The notes beneath the pieces are model-generated. The model had not been told where the DNA came from and did no database searches. It saw only the letters and a program-made list of their open reading frames with translations. Of a stretch of DNA of 64,000 bases, positions 1 through 12,118 are shown piece after piece. The stretch is taken from assembly GCA_001643675.2 (NCBI GenBank), contig LSRY02000045.1:186001-250000 (forward strand), read 5' to 3'. Numbering within the stretch: position 1 is the stretch's first letter; every line of letters starts with the position of its first letter. The stretch is from Monocercomonoides exilis PA203 (Eukaryota > Protista > Preaxostyla). Made by a program: the position numbers and the translations under genes.

Positions 1-865
1 TCGCCCACTTTTCTCAAAGAATCGCTGCATTCCTTGCTTCCTCATCCCTTCCCTCATCTCCGGCAAAAACAAAACATTTTGCAACCTCCGTCCATTAAGA
101 TAAATATTCTGGAGCCTATCCCCATCTTCTTTTTAGAATTTTCTCCAAATTATCTGTATTCTTCCTCACAAAAGCTAATCACCTCTATTTTTTACCAAAA
201 CCTCTTTCTCCTTTCATCTTTCTTCCCTTTCTCTTAACTCATCTTCAAACATCCCTCAAAAATCTAATATTCAATTTTCTTTCATCTCATTCTTCTTCAT
301 CTGAAACATCTGAAACATCACGCCACGCCGCTTCGCCTTTCATGCAGCGGAGGAGCAAAGGAGACGAATGGCCATCATCATAATTGGCACCCGCAGTCGA
401 CCCTTCAGATGAATCGGCTGTGGCTGCATCTCACATTAAAGACAAAAAACTGCACCACAACGTGAGGTGGCTAAGGATTGACGTGCCCGAGGCAGCCGGG
501 TTGTTGTCGCTTTCATCTTCGCAATCACTTCAATCACTTCACTCACTGCTGAAAGCACTCCGAGGTTTCAATGTTGGCTTGCTGCGCCCAGCTGAACAGA
601 ACGTGCTGTGTCCGCTCAATGTGTGATGCTTTCCATTCCACTTCTGGCTATGCTCCCGTTTCTTGAGGACTTGCCGAGAAAGAAGTCGTCGAAGAAGCAG
701 TTATTAACAGCAGTAGACGTGGTTGCGTTCCTGCCAATCTGCAATCCGCCTGATCCATCGCTGGCTTCATCGGCCATTGAATGGCTAAAGAACCGATAGA
801 AGCAATCGAGGCATGCAGAGTGATGAAGCTGGTCAACAAAATGAGGAGGCGAAAGGTTGCAGTGA

Positions 866-1900
866 ATGAAGTGGGAGAGTTTGCGGAGAAGGCGCTGGAG
901 GCGGTGGGGCAGAGGGGCTGATGAAGGAAGATGTGGTTCTGTCGCCTGCAGCGATTGTGCCGAATTTGCTGGAAGAAAGATAAGAAGAAGAAGAAGAAGA
1001 AGAAGAAGTTGGAAAGGAAAAGGAGGCGAAGCGGATGAGCGGGTTGGCAGAGCAGCTGCAGGAGAAGGGCAAGATCATCTGGATGAATCAGAGGAAGATT
1101 CTGGAGCTGAGCGAGAAGCACAACACAGAGGTGAAGCAGGTGAAGCAGGTGAAGGAGAAGAAGTGCTAGGCACAGCAAGGAGGAGTGGTGAGCGTGGATG
1201 GCAAGTGGAAACTAGCTGGTCGGTGGTTACAATTGCCATATCTTCTTCATTAATTTGTGCGTATAATGGAATTGTTCCATCTTTGGCTTTGTTGATTCTG
1301 CCGTTGGGGCTTTGTGAAAAGTGCCAGGAGAAGTTAACAGAGATCAACAAAAATGGAAGTGCTGTGATGCTTGGGCCAGACCTGAATGGGAAGGAGGTTG
1401 TTGCAAAAGTGGGGAGCGGGGTGAGTGTTGTGGGAGAAGCAAACAGCGGAGGTGGAGGAGGTGGTGGAAGAGCAGACGCAACGGCGCAGCAGAAGACGAA
1501 CGAGACGGAGAAGGAAAATGAAGATGCTGATGGAACTTCCGAAAGTGAAGGAGCAGACGATCTGAGAGCAGAAGGCGCTATTCGAGGAGGCGATTAAGAA
1601 TCAGAAGAAGAGCGAGGCAATCAGGAAGGTGATGATCCACGGGGGAGAAGCTATTCTAGTGGAACATTGCAGAGATGTGGCTGTTTGGGAGGTTTGTGAG
1701 GGAGGAGTTCAACGAAGACAAGCTGTCGCTCTTCTTGTTCTTTGATATCGTGCTTGAAAGAGGAGCGGAGAAGAAGATCAAGATGTTTTTTGGTGGAGTT
1801 CGAGAAGATACAGTCAAAGATGGGAGTGGCAGATGCGTCTGTGTCTCTGGGGATTCTGCTGAATAACAACTGGGCAGAAGAAAAAATGATGAAAGGAGAC
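866..1900 (+). pseudogene. Degenerate charged/coiled-coil-like gene fragment with a diverged inverted paralog at about 20220-21100
   Basis: ILPLGLCEKCQEKL...NGSAVMLGPDLNGKEVV...GGGRADA matches the minus-strand ILLQGLCENV*EKF...NGSAFMLRQDINGNEVV...GGGRADA near 20600-20810. Confidence 0.5.
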
Positions 1901-2629
1901 GATAATGGAGCTGTATGATGCCATATGTTCTGGGGATGCATTGATTTCTTCGTCAACGATATTAGGTGTATCACAAATTCAGAGATGGAATCTCTTCTGT
2001 GTGTGTGCTATCCACAGACGCCACAGGCGCTGTCGCAACAATTCTTCTGAGATGCATCCCATCTGTCTAGGTGCTTTCTGCCATCGTTTGCATCGGTGCT
2101 GAAGGTGTTCCAGACCAACGATTTCTTCACACTGTGCCTGATGCATCCAGATGTGTGTGATGCTGCCAGCTGCAGATCTCCTCTTTTCCTGTCACAGAAC
2201 AGCTCAGTTGTGAAGACAGTCAGCCTGCGCTGGACGATCAGGTGCAGGTGCTTTCGTGTGTGTCAACGGGGGCAGGGCTGAATCGAAGTGTTGATGCTGG
2301 TGCAGTCGGCTGTGGGTGCTGTTCCGGATGGTGATGATGCTGGTGCAGCTCGTGGAGGCAGCTGCAGAGCGAACGAGGTTGGTCGGCCAATCTGCTTTGG
2401 GGGTGCTGCTGGGGAACGGGCAGCGTGTGGAGCTGTTTCGCAAGCCAATGGCACGGCAGAGCGAGGGAGGGGGAGAGGAGTCAATGTCTTGTCATGCATC
2501 AGCAGCATCTGCTTCTTCAGCACAGCACAAACATCTTCTGAATTGCAAAGAATTGACAATCAACAACTTGCGGCTGTCCTCTGCGTGTGCATCTTGTCTG
2601 ATCGATCCTTCCATTTCTCCTCCTTCATT

Positions 2630-3300
2630 TTCATCGATGTTGTCATTTCCATCGCAATCGTTTTCTTTTCCTTCTTCTTCTTCTTTTTCTTTCTTCCTTT
2701 TCTTTCTCTTTTCCTTTCTCTTGACTCATCTTCAATCATCCCTCAAATTTCTATTTTCATTTTTCATTTTTTCTTCCTTTTCATTCAAATCATCTCTTTC
2801 ATTCGAATTTCTTATAAACATATTTTTCTTTTCAATTATTTGCCAAATTTCTTCTTCTGCTACATCATCAACTTCTATTTCCCTCTTTTCTCTTTAAATA
2901 AGATTCACCAGATACGCCTTCCAAAACCATCAAAGGCCTCCTCTTCTATTCGCTTCAATTTTTGCTCCTTCTCATTCCGCCAAACACTCTCCAATTATTA
3001 TCTCCAGATTTCTTAAAGGCGCCAAATATGCTCTTTTTCCATGTTCATTCATTTCCATTGAATACCCATTCAAAATACCTAGTTTCATAAAAAAACAATA
3101 TATGAAAAATTATAATTAAAAAAACAAACCTATGACTTTTATGCGAATGATCTTAGCAAACTTTCTTCTTTTCTTCCAAATATCGTCCCTTTCTACCAGC
3201 AAAACCCATCTGCACTATTTTCATTTCGCCTCTAATTCCTCAAAAAAATAAACAGCCAAAGTCCAACTTCTTGTTGCTTCTTCTCAAATAATCTCTACAA
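2630..3300. repeat. Dispersed 0.5-0.7 kb repeat (also about 19300-19980 inverted, about 54830-55310, and more diverged near 26100-26340 and 47680-47900)
   Basis: Shared core CTCTTCTATTCGCTTCAATTTTTGCTCCTTCTCATTCC...CCAGATTTCTTAAAGGCGCCAAATATGC. Confidence 0.75.
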
Positions 3301-5350
3301 ACCCTTTTCTTAAAAATATCGAAGGGGAAGATGAAGATGAAGAAGCAGATGAATTAGAGGGAGAACTCAGACTTGTCGAAGGCTATGAAGGCAAAAATGA
3401 CAATAACCAAGAAGAAGATTTCACATAAAAACACTTTCATTTGTTGGGTGGTGCAAACGAAAACATGATGGTGACAATGGAGATAATGACGGTGAAGAAG
3501 AAAATGAGGAAGATGAAGAAAATGAGGAACATGAGGAAGTTCAAATTGAAGAAGGCGAATAAATCATGTGACAAACAATTCTTTTCGCAATTCAATCATA
3601 TTTCATAAGATCTTGAACATCCCCCAAAACATCCCATTTCCACTGCTCACTTCAAACTCTTCACAAAATCTCATTCCCAAACGTTGTGCCTGATCCTTCC
3701 ATCCAAATCACCACACCCGGCCATCCACTGCTCATTCCTCTGCCTTTTCTTCGCCATTGCCCTCCCCTTTCCCCTCACAATTCCAGAGTGATGGCTGCTC
3801 TCATTTTCTTGTCTTTGCTATCGTCCTCCTCCATCCACCTCACAATATTCTCCGAAAACAACACCCCTCTCCTTTCATTCATCTTTCTCGCCCTCTTCCA
3901 GAAATTCCTTCCCCTCCTCTTTCCCTTCTCATCCTCCACACAGCCTGTCCTCACCATTCCCCTTCCCATCGCTTCTCCGCTCCATCTCCTCTCTGATAAA
4001 TGGCTTCTCACATCGAAGCAGTCTTCTCCTGAAAGTCCTCTCGCCCTTTCATGACACACCAAACAAAGTGGCTGTGCTGCCAACACACAGCCCGATGTTC
4101 CATCTTCCGACAAGATCGAGGGCAATGACCAGCTGCGCGAGGCCATCTTGACAAGAGATAACGCGGCGGAGGAGGCGAACATCGTGTCGGAGATGCTTGG
4201 CCAGTCGCTCCTGCGGAAACCGCTCCACAGCTGCCCCATGCACAATCTGCCTTCGTCGCCGCTGCTGCTGCTGTGCTGTCATCGCTTGGCAAAGGGGAGC
4301 TGTCCGTGTTCTTCAGACACCACCCGATGGATGTGACTGCAGAGTCGGCGTGGTGTCGGTGTGGCAGAGGAGAAGAGAAGAGATGACGTGCAGCTTCACC
4401 CGGTTTGCTGAGTGCTGAATGATGAACGAGGAAGGCAGATGCTGCACAGCGGGTGGCTGTCCTCATCGGAAAAGAGAAGACAGAAATGAACATCACTTCT
4501 TTTCTCTCTGCTTCCTCCTCATCTTTTCCTTCTCTTCTCTCTCATTCATCTCGCTCTCTGCTCCAAGCAACACAAACTGCCATTTCCATCTCTCGCTCCA
4601 CCAATGCCCTGCATTGCCCACCTCTTTCATCTCCATTCCTCAAAAATGCCTCATTGCCCAGAGGCTGCAGACAGAAGCAAAAGAAGAAGAAGATCACGAT
4701 GACGATGAAGATTGTTGAACAGCTGACAAAAAGGAAAGCGATGATGTGAATGCAATCGGTCTCTTGCCTTATCCCTCCCACATCCTCACCATCTCATTCA
4801 TTTCCTCCCCTCTTCCCCAAAAAGCGGCTGTGAATGGCTGCTGGTACCAAATGAAACATGCTCCACATTCAACCCCAAATCGACTGGATGTGAACCAGCC
4901 CTGCAAACACTCCCAGAACTGACACCCTCATTCAGATGGACATGTCACTCAGTCGGCTCGCCGAAGGAGAAGGAGAAGGAGAAGGGAGAAGATGAAGGTG
5001 AATGAAAATGATGTGGTTGTGTTGGTGAAGGTGTTGGGAGTCGAATCGGAAGATGAAGATGATGATGGAAAATATGATATAGAAGTGGATGAAGAAGACA
5101 AGACTGAACATGGCGAAGAAGGTGAAGAAAATGATGAACAAAAATCAGGGGAAAAAATAATTTCGTATTTCTCGGTGTTGAAGGTCAAGACATAGAAGAA
5201 GACGAAGACGACGAAGAAGATACGAAGAAGACGATGAAAATGAAGAAGATGATGAAGGCGTTGTTGAAGACGAAGATGCGATGGAGATTTCATATGAACG
5301 ATATCTTCAGTTGAAAGATATCCTCAACATAACAATCTCGATGACGTAAT
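3300..5350. pseudogene. Decayed block with an inverted paralog at about 45000-47050
   Basis: ORFs 3686-4054(+) vs 46271-46582(-) and 4542-4781(-) vs 45479-45715(+) are near-identical in translation. Confidence 0.55.
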
Positions 5351-8300
5351 GGCAAAGGTAATAGAAAAATGACCCAAAGTCCATTTTGTCTGTTATCCAC
5401 CCCAAGCTGATTGCATCACACCAAACCAACAGACTTTCTCTTATTTTCGACTAGCAATCCAAGCACTCAAGTGCCATTCTACCCCTTTCCTCGGTCCATA
5501 AAATTAATGCTCTGTCCTTCAACTCCAAAGAAAGGCTCCTTGTTCTGCTGCAGCTGCCTCCAATGTCCTGTTTCAGTCATCTACTCCAATCTTTCCAACA
5601 AAATTATTTTGAAAATGTCCTCTTCATCTTCAAAATATGTTCCCTTTTCATAGAGTTTGTACATTCTTCCTTTTTAGCTTTGGCATCTTCCAACCCCGTT
5701 GATTTCTGCTCTATTAATTTTCATTATTCATCGTATTTCTATCCATCGCGCATGTTGAGTCCAAAATGAGTGAAATAAATGTTTATGATAAAATATATTC
5801 TGGCTCTAATATATTTGTAAGAAAATATTTGGCTCACTTCCTCGCTGTTCTGCTCTGCATGGAATAAATTGTCCATTTTAAATAATTTGTCTGAATCACG
5901 ACTTAGGAGAGGATATGGATGGAAATATCTTCACAATCAATAGAATAATATAAAATGCATACATTGAAAATTCTTCATTTCCATCGAAAATGTCATGGCT
6001 TGACAGTTCTCCAACAATCAAAAAGAATAATTCCAGCTTCCCTCATAATAAAATTGTTGTTGTCTCATCTGCCATATCTCTGGAAATAATTCACTCGTCC
6101 CAGCTGGAATGTTTGACGTCTTGATTTCTCATTCTGTTGTGCAGTTTTTTTATCATTTAACTTCATTTGATCATTTTCCATAACAGATTGGAGAGATTGA
6201 TGAATGAAAGAGGATTCAATTTGAAGTATTTTGGTTGAAAGGGCAGAGGCTGGAAGAGAAATGGGGACATGGGATTGTTTGTGGGGCAGCTCAACAACCT
6301 TGCCAATTCTTGTTGTTTGAGTGCCAAATGAGCAGAAAAGGAAGAAATTTCAAACTTTATGGCCGCTGTCTGGTGCTCGTGATGAGCATGAGATAATTAG
6401 AGGGAGAAAATATCGACAATGTATTTATTTATCATTCAGCACCTGGATTGCAACATATCCTGCCAATCCCCTGAATGAATGGTATTTTGTTGAAAAGTGA
6501 AAGAAAAAGAATAACAATGTCAAATCTTGTTTTGTTCATTTCACAACATTGTTGCACTTTTGATCATGTGCTTTATTCTTCTCATATGGAGCAACATCTG
6601 AAACCATCTTTCAATTTCATTGTGAAATCCAACATAGATACAAATGGATAATTTTCGTTTATCAAAATTATCTCTTTCACTTGTGCATCATCTTCGCTTT
6701 CCATATTTTCAAACGTTTTTTCATCTTCTTCTTATTCTCCAATACTCAATCTGGGAAATTGGATCAACATCCCTCAACATCCCAAAGAGACTGAACAAGA
6801 TGATTATCTAGCGTTTGAAAGGAATTTGTCTTTGCCTGAAATGCCATTTGACAGACCTTGGAGTGTCTCTTTTTCTGTCATTCTATCATCTTCTTCTTCT
6901 TCTGTTTCTATTTGATATCTTCATCAACATTGTTGGGAAAGAGCCCATCTGATCCCAAGATAATATATCAATGAGAATGAGCAGGATTGTTTTTTATCAG
7001 ACCTTTTTGTTGATGGAAGGAAATATCACAAAACCTTTGGTTTTTGAATTGGAGTCAGCAAGGTTAGAAACGCAAGCACTTTGGCAACAATCAGGGTTGT
7101 GAGTCCATGGAAAGGGAAAGGAAAAAGAGAGAATGCGAAACGCTAGAAATGAACAGAGGAATTATTTTGAATCTGTTTGTGTATGAAGCCTTGCATGAAG
7201 CAGAAGGAAAGACAACAAGATGGATATTTTTTGAGAGGGATTGTCAAAGAAATTCTTTGAACTGAACAAGGATTGAAATATCAGTTGGAGTGCGTGATTG
7301 GATTTTGAGCAGGATATGCATTCTTTGTCCATCTCACAAGTCTTAATGCAATTATGTTCCATTTTGAATAAGTTTTGGTTTTGAATATATTTGAGGATAT
7401 GGTGAGACACTTTTCCTGATAGAAATGGTGGGGCTGGTTCATGCAGTTTGTTTTCTTTTGCAATCAGACATCTGGGGAAATGGAAGGAAACATTTGTGGA
7501 GAATGGAGAAATAGAAAGGTTTTTGAGGGTGATGGAGGAATGAGATGTCTCGTTCAGAACGAGTTGGGAGAAGGGAGCAGAGGGAAATGAAGGTGAAAGA
7601 GCAAGGAGGAATGGCGGATGAAACTCAGTTTGTGAGGGGAAGAGAAAGAAGTGAAAATTGATTTATTAATCAATTTTTTATATGAGTTGTTGTTTGCCTT
7701 GTGATGTGGCTGTTCTTCATCGATCACGTTGGAAAATGTTTGTGGAAGAGGTTGCATTGCCTTTGGCATTCCCTTTTGATATTTGTGTTATTTGGGGAAT
7801 GTGTGTCTGTGAATGAGCAAAAAGAGGGGGAATGGATGTTGTTGGGAGTGATTGAGATGTGTCTGTTTTGCAATGAGGAAGAGGAAGAGGAAGAGGAAGG
7901 CGATGGAAGGGGCAGTTGGCAGTCTGCTTGGAGGGGTCTTTGGAAGGGAGTTGGAAAGAAGAAAAGCAGAGAGGGAGGGGATTGAGATGGAATGGAAAGT
8001 TGGGTGAAGAAGACGAAAGGTGAGGAGAGGATGGTGTGGCTGGGCAAATGAAATGGGGTGAGGAGTGTTTGTGGGTGTGATGACTCCACGCTCAGCAAGG
8101 TTGTTGGCAATGTTGATGGTTGTGATGGATGCTGTGTGTTTTGGAGCAGAAAGGATGAGAGAAGCAGACAGAAGAAATGAGAGGGGATGGTGAGTGGCAG
8201 GCAGTTGTTGGAGGGGGGTGAGGATGAAGCTGAAGAAAGGATGCTGGATGGGCATATGGCTGATGGAGCAGATGTGTTTGTTGAGAGAGGTTGAGGGGCA

Positions 8301-9480
8301 GTTGTGTATTTGGAAGGGAGAAGAAAGAAGAGGGAGATGGAGAGCATATGGAGGGTGTGGATCTTGTTGGAACAAGAGAAGGAAGGTGAAGGAAAGGGAG
8401 GCATTTGAATTGTGATATGCATGAAGGGATTGAAAATGTCTTTCAAAATTCACAAAAAAATTATTTTGTAATTTTTCAGAGAGATTTCAAACACTTTATT
8501 TTCTGTTTATTTCTCATTCGCATTGTTGGTTTCTTTTTCGCTCAGTTCCACTCAAAACATATTTTTTATCTGTCTGTTCGTGTGGCATTCCCCTGTATGA
8601 AAAAATATAAGGGAATGAAGACACAATATTGCCTTTGGGAAGAAGCCAGGGCAAATGAATTCAATTGCAAATGCTGAGAAAATGGATTTGGGGGAGTCTG
8701 GACACACAGAAACCAGGGGGAATGGCATTTTTCTGTTTGATAAATATTAATAATAATATATTTACAATTACAAAAAAAATTCATTTTTCAAATTGATTGA
8801 GGAATTGGTTTATGCAATCAGATCAAATGAAAACAGAAAAAAGCGGAAAGCGTGTTGAGAGAAGTTTTGCAGCCTGAAGCAAACACGGTGCACGGCATCC
8901 TCTGAGGGATGTGATTCGATCCTTGGGGTGGTACGGGTGCTGAGCCTCTGGGGTGTCTGGGAAATGGGGCAGCGATTCATCTGTGTGAGGGCGATGCCTG
9001 TGCATGGAGCATGTTTGTGATGCCTCTTTCTATGCGCTGTGCCTGCAAAATGTTGTGAGTCAGCTATATGAGCGGGCTTGTGGGGCAGTCTGGTGCCGGT
9101 GGGTGGCGTTGTTTCCTTTCAGAATGTTATCTAATCTGCCAGGCTGGTGGAGGTGTGCCATTTTGTTTGCCTCACGAGTGAGCCGTTGACGTGTTGCACC
9201 TTTTTTATTTCTATTTTTCCGTATTTTATTTCTCAACAGGGCGCAGCTGGGGATGTTTCGCAACAGAAGAATTTTTCGATGATCCGGGTTCCTGGGTGGG
9301 TCAAAACAGCGGGGAAGGCGATGAGAGCAAAAGAAACAGCGATTGGGAGGGGTGCAGCGTGGAGACGAGGGATGCAGCAGAATTTTGTTTTTTCACCTCA
9401 AAGGCAGTTATTGGAAGCTGTGGCAGCGCCAGCGCAAATACGGATGATTTTATTGGACGCTCTCCTTCAGACCTGGGATT
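5350..9480. pseudogene. Decayed gene-fragment block shared by all full monomers (paralogs about 30720-34980, 40810-45000 inverted, 56870-61115)
   Basis: Homologous fragmentary frames (MNFERHFQSLHA..., LALKQQELARLLSCPTNNP) broken by stops and frameshifts. Product unidentified. Confidence 0.55.
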
Positions 9481-9485
9481 TGCCG

Positions 9486-10781
9486 TTATTTCAGCCAGCA
9501 AAAATGTTTCGACTCCAACTGCCCATCCGTCACACTGAACAGCATCGTTGAAATTGAAGAAAGAGAATTCGTCCCAATCACACTCACTGTCTTCCCTCTC
9601 CCAACAACAGAAATCTCCTTTTCCCAAACACTGATTGTTGTCCCTTCACTCACATGCCTCCCACTCAGCAACGTGATTGTCGAGCTCAGCTGCGCCATGC
9701 TTGACCCCACTGCATGCCCCACTGTCTTGCACGGTGCTGCCTCACTCATCCCACACAGATTGTTTGTGTCATCTCCACTCACCCCAACATACCGATCCTT
9801 CATCCCTTCCTTCAACCATCCCTTCTTTTCTGTATGCTGATATTGCCAAGTGCCTGATAAATAATAACGGCACACTCTTTTATCATCACTATTCGTTGTG
9901 TACGATTCATGGAATGGATTGTTCGATGAGAAGAGATTCTTATTATCTACAAAATACACATCGTGGCCATATGGAGTGGAAGCGTTGCAACTGCAATCAT
10001 GGAAGAAGAAGAAATAGCAATAAATGTTGTCGCCTGGAGCTTCTGATTGATATGGCCTGAAATCCAATCCTCCGCCATATGACACTGCTGAGCACGAAAT
10101 AAATTGGAGGCTCCTCATTTTGAATGCTGCTGGAACATTGTAACAGCACATCCCTCCACCACTTGAATATGTTAGAGAGCACGAAGTGAATGAGCACTCA
10201 AACACACAAGCACTCTCTCCATTGCCGCTTTCTGTTCCAATGCAGGAAGATCCAGAAATATTAAAATAATCGAGATAAAGTCCTCCTCCATCATATTTTG
10301 CAGAACATTTCTGAAATTCGCAACCACCGACCCTGACACATGACGAAATCGAATAAGCATACATCCCTCCTCCATAATAATTTTTTGCTGTACATGCATT
10401 GAATGAGTTGTTCTCGATCTTGATTGAATTAATTGTATGACACATAATTCCTCCTCCATAAGCATACGCATAACAATCATTGAACGAACAAAATTTCGCT
10501 GAAAGTGTTCCCGATGACAGACCGTATATGTAAATCGCCCCTCCATTTGAAGCACCATTACTGGTGGATGTCGATGTTCCATTTGCTTTTGACTCATTCC
10601 ACTCGCACCAAGTGAATGAATTCGTCCCATTTTCTGTAATCTGTTGTCTCGCTGGCTTCGACGGATTCCCTTCACTCCCATTGACTACAACATTCTGAGA
10701 CCGATAGCATCCAGCAAATGAGGTGTTCGAGGCAGCCAATGACTGAGATATTAGAAAAGACAAAAAGAGAGCGCGATGCAA
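9486..10781 (-). CDS. Copy A: Cys-rich GGG/GGAI-repeat, predicted beta-helix (Pmp/pectin-lyase-like) putative surface protein; short type, 3'-truncated, upstream ATG out of frame
   Basis: 431-codon open frame with repeated FxxC..GGG[IML]/GGAI units (CSFNDCYAYAYGGGIM, CEFQKCSAKYDGGGLY). The ORF-track start is TTG and the frame continues upstream through the (AAG)n tract. Confidence 0.75.
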   Translation of the reverse strand: MHRALFLSFLISQSLAASNTSFAGCYRSQNVVVNGSEGNPSKPARQQITENGTNSFTWCEWNESKANGTSTSTSNGASNGGAIYIYGLSSGTLSAKFCSFNDCYAYAYGGGIMCHTINSIKIENNSFNACTAKNYYGGGMYAYSISSCVRVGGCEFQKCSAKYDGGGLYLDYFNISGSSCIGTESGNGESACVFECSFTSCSLTYSSGGGMCCYNVPAAFKMRSLQFISCSAVSYGGGLDFRPYQSEAPGDNIYCYFFFFHDCSCNASTPYGHDVYFVDNKNLFSSNNPFHESYTTNSDDKRVCRYYLSGTWQYQHTEKKGWLKEGMKDRYVGVSGDDTNNLCGMSEAAPCKTVGHAVGSSMAQLSSTITLLSGRHVSEGTTISVWEKEISVVGRGKTVSVIGTNSLSSISTMLFSVTDGQLESKHFCWLK

Positions 10782-10860
10782 GGGATATGATGGGCAATAG
10801 AAGAACGGATCTGAAAAAATGCAAAAAGAAGAGAAATGCGACTCGCCCGCCTTAAATGCC

Positions 10861-10980
10861 TTCTTCTTCTTCTTCTTCTTCTTCTTCTTCTTCTTCTTCT
10901 TCTTCTTCTTCTTCTTCTTCTTCTTCTTCTTCTTCTTCTTCTTCTTCTTCTTCTTCTTCTTCTTCTTCTTCTTCTTCTTC
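10861..10980. repeat. (TTC)40 microsatellite at the 5' end of copy A
   Basis: Direct reading. Confidence 0.95.
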
Positions 10981-11414
10981 TTTATCTTCTTTATCTTCTT
11001 CTCTTTTTATTTTTATTTATTATTTTTATCATTGTTGTTGAATGAATTGTCATTTTTGTCAAGATTTTATTGTTAAAATAATAAGGCAGTTGATGTTGTT
11101 GAAACACATTGGTGGTATTTTTTAATTCTTTCAATTCAAGGCAAATTAGAGAGTTTCAAAAGCTAAATGCCAATGGCCAAGATACGTTCATTCTTTCCTT
11201 TGAAGGCACATTTGGAATCAAAATTATTGTTTTGCTTTTATTTATGTAACATGAAAGTGAATGAAATGATGAAGATATTTTTGATAAACAACAATCGTTT
11301 TTTTGTTCATTTGTGTTTTGTTTTTATTGAATTATGTGAAATGCGTATTGGTTGAATATTTGCAGCAACTCTACGTGAATAATTTTCATTGGCTCGTTTC
11401 ATTTTCATTTGATA

Positions 11415-12118
11415 CACCAAAAATAATTCTAATTCGAAAAAGAATAATTCAATTTCGAAAATGATTATTTCAATTTCGAAATTCATTAAAAACTGAAATT
11501 TTTAATTTTTCTCGAGAATGGATTTCAGAAAAGTTCAAGTTATTTTTTAACCAATCAAATTCTATTACTCATAGAAAACTGTTTTTTTTTTATTGCAACA
11601 TTCAATAAATCAATTTTTTCAATTTTTTTTTTTCATTTTCGAAAATCATCACTCAAATAATAATAATTTAATAAAAATTTATTCTATTGAATAACCAAAT
11701 AAAAATTTAAAAAATTTAATCACGATTATTGAATTATTTCTTCACAATAATGTGATTGTTTCATTGGCAAAATTTTGAATAATATCGGTTTTAAACATGA
11801 AAATGTATTTCTTTCCTTTTCAAATTAACTTCAATCAATAAATCTTCATTCAAAATGAAAGAAAATTTTTTTATGAAAATGCATCATTTTTCAAATATTG
11901 ATAAACAAAATTTGCTGATGAGATAAAAATTTAAAGAATTTAAAACCCCAAACACAAGTTATTCACTCCACAAATCAAAAAAAATTACGTTTCGAAATTG
12001 AATTATTAATTTCCGAATTCGAATTATTAATTTTCGATTTTGAATTATTAATTCCGAAATCGAATTATTTTTTTTCGAATTTGAATTATTTTTTTTCGAA
12101 TTTGAATTATTTTTGGTG
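11415..12118. mobile_element. 704-bp non-autonomous TIR element (MITE) with TA target duplication, Tc1/mariner-type signature
   Basis: TA|CACCAAAAATAATTC...GAATTATTTTTGGTG|TA with about 21-bp subterminal repeats. Paralogous empty sites with a single TA occur near 36798 and 62914. Confidence 0.88.

Noticed and set aside
9677-10681. Short overlapping or antisense ORFs recurring inside each paralog
   Set aside because: They are shadow frames, repeated only because the DNA is repeated.
10819-11076. Poly-Phe/Leu/Ser ORFs (also 15614-15946)
   Set aside because: These are translations of the TTC microsatellite.
11990-12118. About 21-bp GAATTATT/TTCGAA tandem units as a CRISPR or iteron array
   Set aside because: No unique spacers and no cas genes; the units are subterminal repeats of the MITE.
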